From assembly GCA_023920165.1 (NCBI GenBank), contig CP089277.1, forward strand, positions 2,046,001 through 2,110,000: 64,000 nt of DNA. The letters run 5' to 3'. The stretch's first letter is position 1. Each line of letters starts with the position of its first letter. The stretch is from Curvularia clavata. Taxonomy: Eukaryota. The translations under genes and the position numbers were made by a program. Of the stretch, positions 10,779 to 23,055 are shown in pieces. The notes beneath the pieces were generated by a model that searched no databases, was not told where the DNA came from, and was given only the letters and a program-made list of their open reading frames with translations.

Positions 10779-11899
10779 ATGGCCAGTGCATTAGGAGCGT
10801 TCGACCCTTTCTATTATTACCCCTTGGGAAACATGTGTCCAGTTCCGCCTCCCGTGCTGGGCATAGAAAGAATCAACTTCGGCAGATGCGGACCAGGTGT
10901 TCGTGAGGTATCTTGCAACCAGTGCTGTTCCAAAGATGTACGTTGTCGTAACTTGGTTGTGCGAATTCAATGTTAACCGAATTAATAGGGATATTACATG
11001 TCAGGTCCGAACTATGCGGGCCCGCCATTGTGTCTCTCTGAGTATGGTTTAGCATGCGACGGAACTCAGTGGCCACCAGGCTTCAATACATCACTTGCTT
11101 CACGGCCCATATTAGGGAGCATTCCCTATGGAAAGAGAATCACTAGTTGCACCGTGGAAAACACTCTTGCGCTCACGTTCGATGATGGTCCTTCGAAGTG
11201 GACTCATGGCTTGCTTGACGTCTTGAAAGCCAATGACGTCAAGGCCACCTTTTTCATCAGAACCTTTAATCTGTTTTCCGACCTTGTTTACCATACTAGC
11301 CATGCGACACCTGCAATCATCAGAAGGATGTATAACGACGGTCACCAGATCGCAGGACACACTTGGAGCCACCGAAATATGGATTTGATGCCGCCTTCGG
11401 AACGTAGAGATGAGCAGATAAAGGCGGAGATTGCGCTCACCGACATACTTGGATTTTTCCCCACTTACATGCGGCCGCCTTTCAACAAATGTGGGCTCCA
11501 ATGTGAAGCCGACATGGAAAAGCTAGGATACCATGTGGTGAGTCTATTACGTACAGCTGGATACAGATAGGAGGGAAAGAACTGACTATTGTATGGAAGG
11601 CTTCATATGACATTGATGGAAAGGACTGGGCTGGCAATTACACCTACGCAGAAGAATATTTCTTGCAACAAATCAAAAGAAAAAACCACCAGGGAGTCAA
11701 AGCCTGGCTGAGCTTAGCACATGACACCCATGAGCGGACGGTACATGGCTATACCCAGTTTATGATTGACAATGCTCGAGGCCATGGGTACAAATTGGTA
11801 ACGCTAGGGGAGTGTTTGGATGATCCAGAAGAGAATTGGTATCGAGATCCTCTAACAGGCGGTCAACTTCGTAACCTACCCCCCAAGGGATCATTGTAG
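10779..11899 (+). CDS. CE4 polysaccharide (chitin) deacetylase with a degenerate N-terminal hevein/CBM18 module
   Basis: Introns 10938-10988 and 11538-11599 join three ORFs in frame. NodB motifs TFDDGP, HTWSH, RPPF, DGKDW and LAHD are present, with a Cys-rich N-terminal RCGPG..CNQCCSKDGY..C..YG..CD. Confidence 0.9.
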
Positions 11900-13089
11900 T
11901 CTCAATTACGAGATTGAGTATTCATTTGCCGTTTGTTGCATTAGCTAATCGGGCAACAAGATGAGCTTCTTCGGTTAAATGCAGGGTACCAATGTCTCAT
12001 AAGCAAAACGCTCCTAAAAAAATGTTATGACCGCCAGGCATGCAGATGGACAGATCCAAGGCTCCTCTGGTTTAATGAAACATCTCATCGGGACTTGCAC
12101 AGCATCTTTTTCAGTCTCGTGTGGTTAACAGCAATTCACAAGGTGCCAAGACCGTAAGAAGGAGATATACTAGCAATGCCTGTCTCTTCCTTGACATCGC
12201 GGGTCATCTTCCTTCCATGATCCTTCCATGAGCTGAGGCAGATAGTTTGGACGAGAAGTTTCTCTCAAGACTCTGGTCATCGGCAAGGATTCGCTAAGTG
12301 TCGCATGACGGGCAAACGAGTGGCTGCATTTGCCATCGAAGGTGTAGGTACCTATAAGTCAGCATACTGGACTTGAGTCAGCGGTTCCTTGATGCATTTC
12401 AGGATGGCAGTGTAACCAATAGCTGTGTGCAAAGGGTGAAACGTTCTTGCGCAATCACCATGGCTATGGATCTACATGGGCCAAGAACGCTCCGTGGCGT
12501 CGCACAAGAGGCGGGCGTACCTAATGTGGGCGGAGATATTAACGGCACTAAAATCCGGTGGAAGACTCAAAGCCTTCACGCCTTACTAAGTGACGCTAGC
12601 GCAGCCAGCTGCTTAGAAAGCACCGCACCACATTGTTCGGATTAGCGTGACTTTTCTCCGGTTCCCAACCGAATTGCGTGCTGTCTGATTAGCGATGTCA
12701 ATGTGCGTTTCAGGCCACTTTCCAAGGTTTGGGATGCAGCCATGCGTCATCAGCGAATCCCCTCCGCTATCTGCGAGCCTGTGTTTAATCCGCCAAGCCG
12801 TGTGTTGCGATGATTGGAAACTCCATTGTGCTTTGTAAGATTGCCTGATTACAGAGAACGTTGGCGCATGGAATCCACCAAACGTGTCCGAAGGGTTTCG
12901 TGCGTCAAGAAGAAGCGATGCGTCTGTGAAGACATAAGTATCACTGAATGTCGCGTTGGGTAGTTGTATCAATCCGGTCTCATCTCATCAGCCTCGTGTG
13001 CTACTACAATATCCTTGTTACAAAACTGAGCTCTTGGCTTCTACACAGCACTACCATAACCAATCAAAATCCTCAACGTACCCCACGTC

Positions 13090-14952
13090 ATGGTGGCAGC
13101 CATTATCCGGGACGCCCCGATCGGGCAAATCCTGAGATATCTCACCAACAATCGTGTACTCAAGTACCCAGAAGAACTCGCAGACTTTGTGGTACCAGCA
13201 GCATATGCAGGCCACACACGGCCCCTGCCAAAGCAGCTTCACTCAGATTTTTCACATGATGACCAAATTGAAACAGATGGTCCTGCAACAGAAGAAGTGT
13301 GCGAACTAGCACCAGAGAGATCGGTGGAAAAACCAGAGTTGGAAAGCGAAGATGACTCTGCAATCGATCTGGAAAAGATTCAGACTGCACGGACACAGCA
13401 TACAGCACGAACGCAGATTTCCCGTGTTGGAACACGAACGGCATTGCAAAAGTCAATCACACAGGCAGATCTTGAGCAGCAATTCTCATTGGCCACAGTG
13501 GAGCGGGGCCAAAGCCGTCCCATCGAGCCCGAGACACTTCAAGACGGTACAATACTAGTAGACTGGTACGACACTGACGATGACTCCAACCCCCAAAACT
13601 GGAGCTTTGGCAAGAAAGCCGTCGTCCTCGGCCTGATCCTCATGTACACCATGGGCGTGTACATGGGCAGCGCAATCTACAGTCCCAGTATACCTGGTGT
13701 TATGGTGCGATTCGGCGTGCAAATCGGGGCAGCCTCCCTCGGACTGTCCATGTATGTATTGGCATATGGTATTGGCCCGCTCTTGTTCTCACCACTGAGC
13801 GAGATCCCCATCATCGGCCGGAACCCGCCATACATCATCTCTTACGCCATATTTGTTATTTTACTCGTACCGAGTGCATTGGTAGACAACTTCGCTGGGC
13901 TCATTGTCCTCCGCTTCTTGCAAGGTTTCTTTGGAAGTCCTTGCCTCGCCACTGGTGGTGCTACGCTGCAGGATATCTACAGTCTGATGAAACTTCCCTA
14001 CGTGCTGTCACTCTGGGCCTTCGCGGCAACCTGTGGCCCAGCTCTTGGACCCATCATCAGCGGCTTCAGCGTCGCAGCCGAGAACTGGAGATGGTCGCTT
14101 TGGGAGATGCTCTGGATGAACGGGCCAATCTTCCTGGCTCTCTTCTTCTTTCTCCCAGAGACTTCATCCGCTAACATTCTTCTACGTCGCGCCCAGCGCC
14201 TCCGCAAACTCACTGGCAACGAGAAATTGAAAAGCCAATCTGAAATTGACCAGGCGAACCTCACGCCTCGAGCAATCGCCATTGAAGCTCTTTGGCGCCC
14301 ATTCCAGCTCATACTGCTAGATCCCAGCATCGCGTTTACCGCTGTCTACACGGCCATCGTCTATGGAATCTTCTATTCCTTCTTCGAAGCCTTCCCGCTG
14401 GTCTACAACGAGATGTACCATTTCAACCTTGGTCAGCTTGGCCTGACTTTCCTGTCAGTCACCGTTGGCGTCATCATAAGCATAACCTGGTACTGGTGGT
14501 ATATCTACTACCGCGTTGAACCTAGCATCCGTCTTAATGGACTCGGCACCCCCGAACGTCGTCTCATCCCCGCCCTCTTCGTCACGTTCCTCGTTCCGGC
14601 GGGCTTGTTTATTTTTGGCTGGACAAGTAATCCTGACATCCACTGGATCGTGTCTTGTATCGGTATCGTTATCACCACTATCGGAATTTTCCTCATCATC
14701 CAGTGTATCTTCCTCTATCTGCCGCTGGTGTACCCACAGTACGCTGCTAGTCTCTTTGCTGGCAACGACTTCATGAGGAGTGCGCTGGCGGCAGGTGCCA
14801 TTCACTTTTCATACCCACTCTTCCATAACCTAGGCGTGGACCGTGGTGTATCCCTACTCGCTGGCCTGTCCGCGGGATGCAGCATTGGTGTTTATGTACT
14901 TTACTTCTTTGGAGCCAAGTTGCGGGCTAAGAGTAGGTTTGCTGCCAAATGA
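13090..14952 (+). CDS. MFS drug:H+ antiporter (DHA1; Flr1/Mdr1/Caf5-like)
   Basis: 620-aa intronless ORF with 'VDWYDTDDDSNPQNWS', 'SPLSEIPIIGRNPPY', 'RFLQGFFGSP', 'PETS' and 'PERRL', and about 12 hydrophobic segments. Confidence 0.93.
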   Translation: MVAAIIRDAPIGQILRYLTNNRVLKYPEELADFVVPAAYAGHTRPLPKQLHSDFSHDDQIETDGPATEEVCELAPERSVEKPELESEDDSAIDLEKIQTARTQHTARTQISRVGTRTALQKSITQADLEQQFSLATVERGQSRPIEPETLQDGTILVDWYDTDDDSNPQNWSFGKKAVVLGLILMYTMGVYMGSAIYSPSIPGVMVRFGVQIGAASLGLSMYVLAYGIGPLLFSPLSEIPIIGRNPPYIISYAIFVILLVPSALVDNFAGLIVLRFLQGFFGSPCLATGGATLQDIYSLMKLPYVLSLWAFAATCGPALGPIISGFSVAAENWRWSLWEMLWMNGPIFLALFFFLPETSSANILLRRAQRLRKLTGNEKLKSQSEIDQANLTPRAIAIEALWRPFQLILLDPSIAFTAVYTAIVYGIFYSFFEAFPLVYNEMYHFNLGQLGLTFLSVTVGVIISITWYWWYIYYRVEPSIRLNGLGTPERRLIPALFVTFLVPAGLFIFGWTSNPDIHWIVSCIGIVITTIGIFLIIQCIFLYLPLVYPQYAASLFAGNDFMRSALAAGAIHFSYPLFHNLGVDRGVSLLAGLSAGCSIGVYVLYFFGAKLRAKSRFAAK

Positions 14953-15337
14953 GTGTGCCATTGCAGCTCAGTAAACAAACATGCTTTTAATCTTGTTTTG
15001 GCTTGCTAGTTTAGCGCGGCGTTTTGCATCTGATAGCACCTTAAGAATAATGATAATAGATCAATGTTTTATATACCACTCTTTACACTTATCGGGGTTT
15101 CTCTCGTTTGCGAATTGACCCCCCAACGCACGAAGGCAAGGAGATAGGATCAGCAGCAATCGACTTTGCGGTCGAAGGATTGAATTTTCTATCTGGGTAT
15201 CATGTTTCGCCAACTATTGGCTTCTGCTGCTGTTCAAATATCTAACTTGTCAGGTAATTCCCCCGAATCCGCTATTTGCTACCAGTGGTCAGCTTCAGCC
15301 AACCACTCTCTCAATGGCACTTCTGTTTCCAAAGCGC

Positions 15338-17400
15338 TCACTCTTGACCCCAGGTATCGTCATCACCCACGTGTCCCACGATTTCCACACCCTGCTCCTC
15401 CTGAAACGTGACTTGCTTGTTCTTCCCCCTCTTCTTCTTTCCTTTGCCATTCTCCTTGTTCCCGGCTCCATCGCCCAAAGGATTTCCATCTTCGTCGATA
15501 CCAGCAAGCTCCCTTTGACGTCTCCTTTCCTGAGCCTCCGCTTGTGCAGCTGCGATGCGTTCTCTAAACTCAGCCTCCTTCGCAGCCATCTGCCGCTTGA
15601 TTTCATCTGCATCAGCAAATGATTCTTCAGTCTTGTTTGACTTCTCAAGAAAAACGCCCCAGCCACCATTGGTAAGCTCACTGCGGCCTTGCAGTGCTTC
15701 CTTGACACCTTCGGGATTTTCGCGTTCTTCGCGGGTGAACTTTGTTTTGATAGAACGCCGGGTGAAGCCTGGGAACATTTGGGATATCATTTGGAAATCA
15801 GTGCCAAAAGATCGGAGACCTTGATAGAAGAGTTCAGTAAGCTCGCTATTCCAGCGGCGTCCTTGGCCTGGGAGGAGAAACTCATTGGGGAAGCGTTTAT
15901 TGTTCTTCATAAAACTACGAGTAGTTGTACGGGCGGTAACATCTTGGTCTTCGGTGACGATCATGGCCTCCAGCTCCTTTTCCGCATCGCCCTCTCGGTC
16001 AATGGTTCCAGATTCAGGTACTAGCTCCATAACGCCATCTGCATTGAGTCGGAGCCGAGGACCGCGTTCAGCTTGTGCAGCAAGTTCTGCACCTGCCTCG
16101 GCAAGGGCCCTATCTGCGGCTTCTTGTTCTGCTTTGGAGAATATGACTCTTGAATCTTCCTCTCTCCGACGCTGTTTAACCGCCTCCCAATCTATGGTGC
16201 GCATCTCCTTCTCTCGAGCGGATAATTTCCCCGAACGGAAGTCATGAGCGGCGAGTGAATCCATGAAAGTATTCGCAGGGTCGATGACCTCGTTTTCTGC
16301 CTCTGGTGGGGTTGCCTCCCGCGGCGGTCGGCCTTTGCGTTTCTTTTCCTGTCTCGTGCTTTCCTCTCCTTCAAGTCCATCGATTTGGTCGCCCTCTGGA
16401 GTCGCGTTCCTTCTTCTCCTCGGCTTGGGCTTGTGTCGTACAGCAGCAGCCACAATTTCATCAGCGATACGCCCAACCTCATTCTCGGGACCTTCGACAA
16501 CCTCGCTGCTCAAGGCACTTTTGGGTTTTCTTGGTTTTCTCGTTTTCTTTGGAAGGGCTGGGCTCTCTCCACCATCCTGGTTAGAGGGCTCGATAGCTTT
16601 CCTTTTTGTGCGTTGGTTGGGATGTTGATGAGACTGTTCCGCAGGTGTAATCGCCGCCGCTTCTTCGCTGCCTTGAGGAGAATGGTTTACCGCTACCCAA
16701 GGTAGACTCCTCCTCTTTCGTGGTTGTGGAAGTACCTGCGTGTCCCGCGGATGTTGCGTCGCGTCGACATGTGATTGTGCTTCATGATGAACTACTGTTG
16801 AGACCTGTGCGTCAGTAGGAACTACCCCTTGACCCTCTGACAGCGGTTGCGGACCCGGTTCATTGTCCTGCTGCCTCGGCTCTACGGGCGGTTCTATGCG
16901 CAGTCTTTTAGGCGATCTGCCAGCTTGGACGTCGTCCTCTAGGTATTGGGTGGTCAGGCCTTGGGCATTTGAAGGCGCTTCGTCCGGGAGTGATGGCTGG
17001 TCCACCTGTGACTGAACATGTGCAGTGGTTGGCGCTGGACATGACGGAGGTTCGCTGGGCGTAGGCAGCGGCGAAGGGACAGTGGTAACTACAGGTTCCT
17101 GTGTCGCGACCGGAGTAGGTAGCTGGACAGGAGTCGATGCCGGTGTTTCTGACGCAGACGGTGTGGGTGTGGGCGCAGAGGGAGCGCCTGGTCGTCGCCG
17201 CGCAGCCTTGGGGGCAAACTTCTTGCCCGTCGTGTTCTCTAGTCATGGCTTAGCCAAGTCGGTTCCTTGCTTTGGACATGGGGCGACGCACTGTTGATGA
17301 AAGAACTAAAGGTCGCCGCAGTCTTGGGGGCCGCCGCCTTGTCGCTGCCCGGAGCATTGGCCGTGGCGGGTGGCTGGCTGGAGCCTTCGTCGGCAGACAT
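15338..17400 (-). CDS. BDP1: TFIIIB subunit B'' (Bdp1) with SANT/Myb domain
   Basis: ATG 17400 (MSADEG..FSSFIN|KNTTGKKFAPKA), intron 17239-17291. SANT-like 'RWNSELTELFYQGLRSFGTDFQMISQMFPGFTRRSIKTKFTREERENP'. Confidence 0.88.
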
Positions 17401-17785
17401 TGTGGTTTTTGCTCACATCTGGCAGAGAGAAGTATCTGGGCAAAAGAGAGAGCGCGCGTGGCGGCATCCCAACACAGACCACGCAGGCCAGCTAGCGCGA
17501 CACTAACCACCCTCTTGGCAGCCCAAGCAACTCTCTTCGCTCGACACCCACCGTCTCCTCACCACCACCCACGGCCTCACACGACCCCCCAATCTCCTCG
17601 TCTTCCGCTGCCATCACGCCCCGCTTCCCGCTCGCCTGCATCAGAAGCCGCTCTCTCGCTTTTTTCTTCCTTCATGGTCTGAACGCACGCGCGCGTGTCT
17701 CGGTGCCCCTTCAGACAAAGCCGGCATCTCCTCGATGAGGCTCGAAGCCAGGACAGTCGCACCCCCATCGCTTGACGCTGTCAAG

Positions 17786-20042
17786 ATGGAGGACCGCAAG
17801 CGGCCCATCACCGACGATGCTGCTCCTCCTGCTAAGAGGCAAGCCGTGACCGTCAACGGTGCTCGCTCTCACCCCGACGCTGACCTGCCGTGGAAAGATG
17901 ATCTTGAGGTTCGCCCCCCGGATCACCGCCTGTCCTCCTTCTCGGTCCCGGCGCATGCCCCCGCTGACACTGCAACGCTACAGGCCTTCCAGAAAGATGC
18001 CATTCTTCGCCAGATGCGCGAGTATAAACGCGAAAAGGCTACCGTCGAGTCACAACTGAGCGAGTTGGAGAGCCGTACGAAGCACCACGATGCTCATTTG
18101 CGAACAATTGATGCTTGGTTCGATCAGGTCAGTATACCCTCGGAATTTGATTGAGGTGACGCTAATGCCTTCTTAGCTTATCGATGAGATCAAACTCCGG
18201 GGGGCTGACCAACTGCCTGCCTCGTCAGGCTCTTCAGAATCTGCCCCCTCCGTGCCTACCTCGCTTCTTGGCGAGGACAACGACATGTTTAAGCAGCACT
18301 TGTCTAAGCGTCGGGAAAAGATTCTTGCTTCGCTGTCTCAACTTTTTGCCAAGTTACCTGCTGCCAGCCCCGAGGTCACACAACTTCAGCAAAAACTCTC
18401 GGAACTCCTGGCTAGTGAAAAAGATCATGTCATTCGACTACAGCAAGTTGCTACAGAGAAGGAGCAACTCTCTGACCGGTTAGACACTGCCACCCATCGC
18501 TACCTGGTTGCTGAAAAGAAGCTTGATCGACTGAAGAGCGCCCAAGTTCAGAAACTCGAGCAACAAGCGGTTGGGAATAGCGCGTCTGCCAAAGAGGAGG
18601 CACCTTCAGCAAGCAATGGAACAGAGGCAGTAAACGGCAACTCACCAGGACCGATCAGTGAGGAGCTGGAAACTGCAAAGAACCAAGCTTTGGCTGAGGC
18701 GGCCAAGAGGAAAGAGCATCTTGAACAAATGGAACATGAAAATAAGAAACTCACAGAGGAAGTCACAGCATTGAAAGTGAAACTTACCGGGCTCTCTGAT
18801 GACGACTATGCCAAGACAGATCTGTTCAAGGCTATCAAAAGCCAACACGAGGACGTGATCAAGCGCATCAACAACCTGGAAGCACAAAACATTTCTCTGC
18901 GTGAGGAAGCGCAGAAAAGCCAGGCCGAACGGACAGCGTACCGGATCAAGGTCGATGAAGAAGTACGTACGACCCTGGCGGAACACGCAAGCCATGTTTC
19001 ACAAGCAGAGGCGAATTGTGCTCGCATCCGAAATGCGCGTGATGAGCTAGTCTGCAAAAACAACGTTCTGGAAGTTAGCCACAAGGATTCAAAGGAGTCT
19101 ATCGAACAATCGAAGCAGCTCGTCAGTGCGTGTGACAGCCGGATTGCGGCGCTAGAGTCCGAGTGTGAGCGACTGCGATTGCAGATTGCCGAACAGCAGG
19201 CATCCTTGGGACAGCAATCCTCGGAGCTGGATGACTTGACACCCGAGCAGTTGCGCGCCAAGGTCTTGAAACTTGAAAGTCAAGCAAAGATCCTGAGCAA
19301 CGAGCTACCGGCCATGGAGGCAGCTTGGAAGAAGGCGCAAGCCATTGCTAGCAAAAAGATTGCCGAGATTGCGACCTGGGAGGAGAACATTGCCAAGGCG
19401 CACGCGGACAAGGCCAAAGCGGACCAGAAGTTTTTTGCCGCAATGAAGACCAAGGGTGAGCTGGAGCAACAGATCCGGATTCTTCGTGCCCAATCTACGA
19501 AAGCTACTGAGGTTGTCGCGCAACTGAAAGAGGCGGATTCGCTCAGTCGGTCCCTGGTAGATAAGTTGGAGAAGCAGACGGCGGAAATGCGATCGCAAAT
19601 GGATGAGCTCTCGATTCAACACCGCCAGCTGCAGCAGAAGGTCAACGAGAACGCCATCACATCGGAAGGCCAGGTCAGCCAAATAGCAGAGCTCAAGAAG
19701 CTTGTCGAAGCCAAGGATGCGACATGCCTGGCAGCCAAGCACGCGCAACGCGAATCGGAAACGGAGCGCGACAAGCTGGCGGCGCAGGTTGCCGGACTGG
19801 AGAAGCAAGTACAGATCTACAAGAAGAAGAGCACAGCCAACCAAAGCTCGGAAGTGTCGACCATGGAGCTTCTGATTCAGTGTCAGATTTGCAAGAGCAA
19901 ACTCAAAAACACAGTCATCAAGACGTGCGGCCACATGTTCTGCGACCAGTGCGTACAAGACCGACTGACGAACCGAGCCCGAAAGTGCCCCAACTGCGGC
20001 AAGGCATTTGGCAGCAACGACACGATGCGGGTGCATTTGTAA
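17786..20042 (+). CDS. BRE1: E3 ubiquitin ligase Bre1 (H2B monoubiquitination)
   Basis: MEDRKRP...FQKDAILRQMREYKRE N-terminus, introns 17909-17983 and 18128-18176, a long coiled coil, and a C-terminal C3HC4 RING 'CQIC..KTCGHMFCDQC..RARKCPNC'. An upstream in-frame ATG lies at 17735. Confidence 0.93.
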
Positions 20043-20864
20043 TCTCCTGGACTGTGTCCAGCTTCTCTCTTCATTTGCACAGTGTGCCATGTATATTACC
20101 TGCATTTCTTTGAGTACCCTTTTTCTCTGCAAGTTTACAGGAGCGTGGAGGGCAAGTCTTGAGGCCAAGCACTGCGTAGTGCTTTGGATATGTTGGCGTT
20201 TTCCGGACGGCTGCTGGCCGCATTCGATACATAGCGTTTGTGTTTTGGCAGCGTGGGAGCATGTACGATCAGAGTTGTTGATGCATGTTCAGACGACATG
20301 GGTTCACATGTTTTACTAGATGTTTCAACGGGCGTGGGCTAGATAAACATGATAGGTTCTATCGAGGTCGGGGAATGATGGGGGAGAGCAAGAATGCCAA
20401 AACAATTAGTATGGAAGTGTCTGTGCTAGACAAAGGCGAGTGGGTTGACGGTGACTCACCCAGCTGCAACGGTGAAAGGCTCCACTGGTGAGAAAAACAA
20501 GCAGCGATGGCCAACCATGTTAGAGGGCAACTGCCTAAAGCGGGTGGGGCGCCATGGGTGGGGCCAGGCATGTTGGTGTAGGGCCGCGCAATGACGTGTG
20601 GCAGGCGTTCCTTCCCTGCCGTTGCCCCACGCGACAAACCTTGCATAAACAATTACTAGGACATGGCTACTACACCCACCACAACCATACCCGTTCACAA
20701 GCTTTAAGGACTGCCTCTGCCTGCACTCAGATTGACTGCATCTGACTTTCTGCATCATCAAAAAGCAAAGAAAAACAAGCCAATACAAGAACAAATACTA
20801 TACAACTGAACTCGACCCCCAAACATCACACACACTATCACACTTGGACATCTATTACAACCCA

Positions 20865-21341
20865 ATGGCTTCCAACGTCCTCGCAGCCCGCGACACGAAC
20901 ACAAAACTCAAGCCAATGGGCTCGCCAGAGAAGAAGGAGACTAAGAGTCTTGACTACCATCGTCAGGTCCTGCATTCGCGCCTCAATGACAAGCAGTAGG
21001 TTTCCTTCATTGAGATAGGCGCTTAACACGGTGGCGTCGCGCTAACATCACGGCAGAGATCAAAAGTACGTGTCGCCGTCCGACGACATCATGAGCCCGG
21101 CCACGCAGAAGCTGCAGGCTTTCAAGACCAAGCACGCCATGAAGAAGTAAGTGGTACCCTTGTTGTTGGAGAGCCAAAGGCCGTAGGAGCATGTAGACTG
21201 ACCAGACAATCTAGATCAAAGCCTCAAACGCTGTTTAAGAAGACGAGCTCTAAGAATCTCGAGGCCAACAAGGCCAGCGGCACGCTCATGTTCGCTGATA
21301 TACCCAAGGGTGACGAAGCCAGGGCGGATGTCCAGGCCTAG
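20865..21341 (+). CDS. SPO12: Spo12-family mitotic exit protein (not in the ORF track; 3 exons)
   Basis: Spliced MASNVLAARDTNTK...SLDYHRQVL..KQ|DQKYVSPSDDIMSPATQKL..KK|SKPQTLF..., carrying the Spo12 'SPSD.IMSP..KL' motif. Two canonical introns. Confidence 0.85.
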
Positions 21342-21731
21342 CGCTGATACCGCCATTCTTGGTCCGGCGCATAGGGTGTGAATTTTCCTTGGGCGCAATT
21401 AACTCTTGTATACCCCCTTTCTTTTTAAATTCATGTTCACGGTGTCGGTCGGTTTGAGCTGGTTTGGGCTCGGGCTAGGCTTCAACGTGCAATAGGATTC
21501 CTTGGAGTTCTGGGCGTCCCAGTAGGGCGGATTACGATAGTCACGATGTCGCAGCTGTAGCTGCTATGAATGTAAATGTTGATTCTTGAGCCTACGTCGG
21601 ATTTGTGTACATGTGGCTACGATACTACGCATGCACTTGAATGGACCCCGGTCTGTGTTTGGAAATGTCGCCAAGCCGCCACATCCTACCGCATACCCTC
21701 TGGCTAACCGCCGTCTTCCGACCCACAAAAT

Positions 21732-22625
21732 ATGAAAGCGCCGCCCCGAAACCAACAAGCTCTTCTCGAAGAGGTGGCCGACCTCGAAAGACGACTGCAG
21801 GATGCAAAGACCCAGCTCCAAACGGATTCCGTCGTTGTAACGTCTCCAGTGTCGCCGCTTCCCCCACCCTCATCTGCCTCAATCGAGCCAGACGCTGCCC
21901 TCCATGCTCTCCTCTTGCTTGCCGACTCGGCCCTGCCACTGGGGTCATTTGCCTTCAGCAGCGGTTTAGAGTCGTACCTTGCGCATCATAAGCCACCGAC
22001 GCCGTCGGCATCACAGTTGCCAGCCTTTGACACGTTCCTCCGCCTCTCGCTATCCACACTCGCCAGCACATCGCTTCCATACGTCTTTGCTGGGTACCGC
22101 AACCCAGAGCAAATCGAAACACTGGACAACGACTTCGACGCGAGTACCCCATGTACTGTTGCGCGAAGGGCGAGCATAGCACAAGGCCGCGCGCTGCTGG
22201 CTGTCTGGGACCGAAGCTTCCAGGCGCAGTACAGCAACTCGGACCGACACACAAGCAAGGACACAGCTGTCAAGGTACTAACGTCCTTTTCTGCTGCTCT
22301 GCGCACGTCGGAGCATGTGAATGCTCACCTTGCGCCACTTTGGGGTCTCATAACCAGCATTCTGCATGTCCCACTGCAACAAGCTGCCTACTTGTTCCTG
22401 TTTTCACATGCGAGAACCGTGGTTAGTGCTGCCGTAAGAGCGAGCGTCATGGGGCCATATCAGGCACAGGCGGTGCTGGCGAGTGCAGATGTGCAAGAGA
22501 GAATCCGAGGACTGGTGAATGAGGGCTGGGACAGGACGGTCGAGGACGCTGGACAGAGTGTGCCTGTCATGGATCTCTGGGTTGGAAGACACGAGAAGTT
22601 GTATTCACGAATCTTTAATTCTTGA
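21732..22625 (+). CDS. ureF: Urease accessory protein UreF
   Basis: 'LLLADSALPLGSFAFSSGLESY', 'RRASIAQGRAL', 'SAAVRASVMGPYQAQ' and C-terminal 'HEKLYSRIFNS'. Confidence 0.93.
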   Translation: MKAPPRNQQALLEEVADLERRLQDAKTQLQTDSVVVTSPVSPLPPPSSASIEPDAALHALLLLADSALPLGSFAFSSGLESYLAHHKPPTPSASQLPAFDTFLRLSLSTLASTSLPYVFAGYRNPEQIETLDNDFDASTPCTVARRASIAQGRALLAVWDRSFQAQYSNSDRHTSKDTAVKVLTSFSAALRTSEHVNAHLAPLWGLITSILHVPLQQAAYLFLFSHARTVVSAAVRASVMGPYQAQAVLASADVQERIRGLVNEGWDRTVEDAGQSVPVMDLWVGRHEKLYSRIFNS

Positions 22626-23055
22626 GCAAAAAAATGTTGGTTCATTGTTTCCAGAAAAGTAGGTAGGTAAATTGGGTGTATTTGGTCACACGTGGATGCT
22701 CCCACAGCCCCATGATGATGTGGAGAAACACAGTGTGCCTGTTCCGAGCCACGGCTTCAACAAATGCATCTGGTACCGTCTTGAACGCGGTCATTTTTTC
22801 CTTCTTTGGTGAGCTTCGGGTCGCGACTGCTGTCAGCCAGTAGATGCCTCACTCCGACCTCGTGCTTGGTCGGTTCGCGGACACGGAGCCAGCTTATGCC
22901 GCGTGACCTCCTCCACCATAGGCGTAAGGCAACATCCAACATGACAAGAGACTGACACGGTTTTTCTCGAGCAGAGAGTGCTAATACATCATGGCTGTCT
23001 GGGATGCCTATGAAAGACGCTCCATTTTATCTTACACAATCGTAGTGCTGGCACA

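Noticed and set aside
19305..20168. 287-aa minus-strand ORF
   Set aside because: Antisense to the BRE1 coiled-coil/RING region; a codon-bias artefact.
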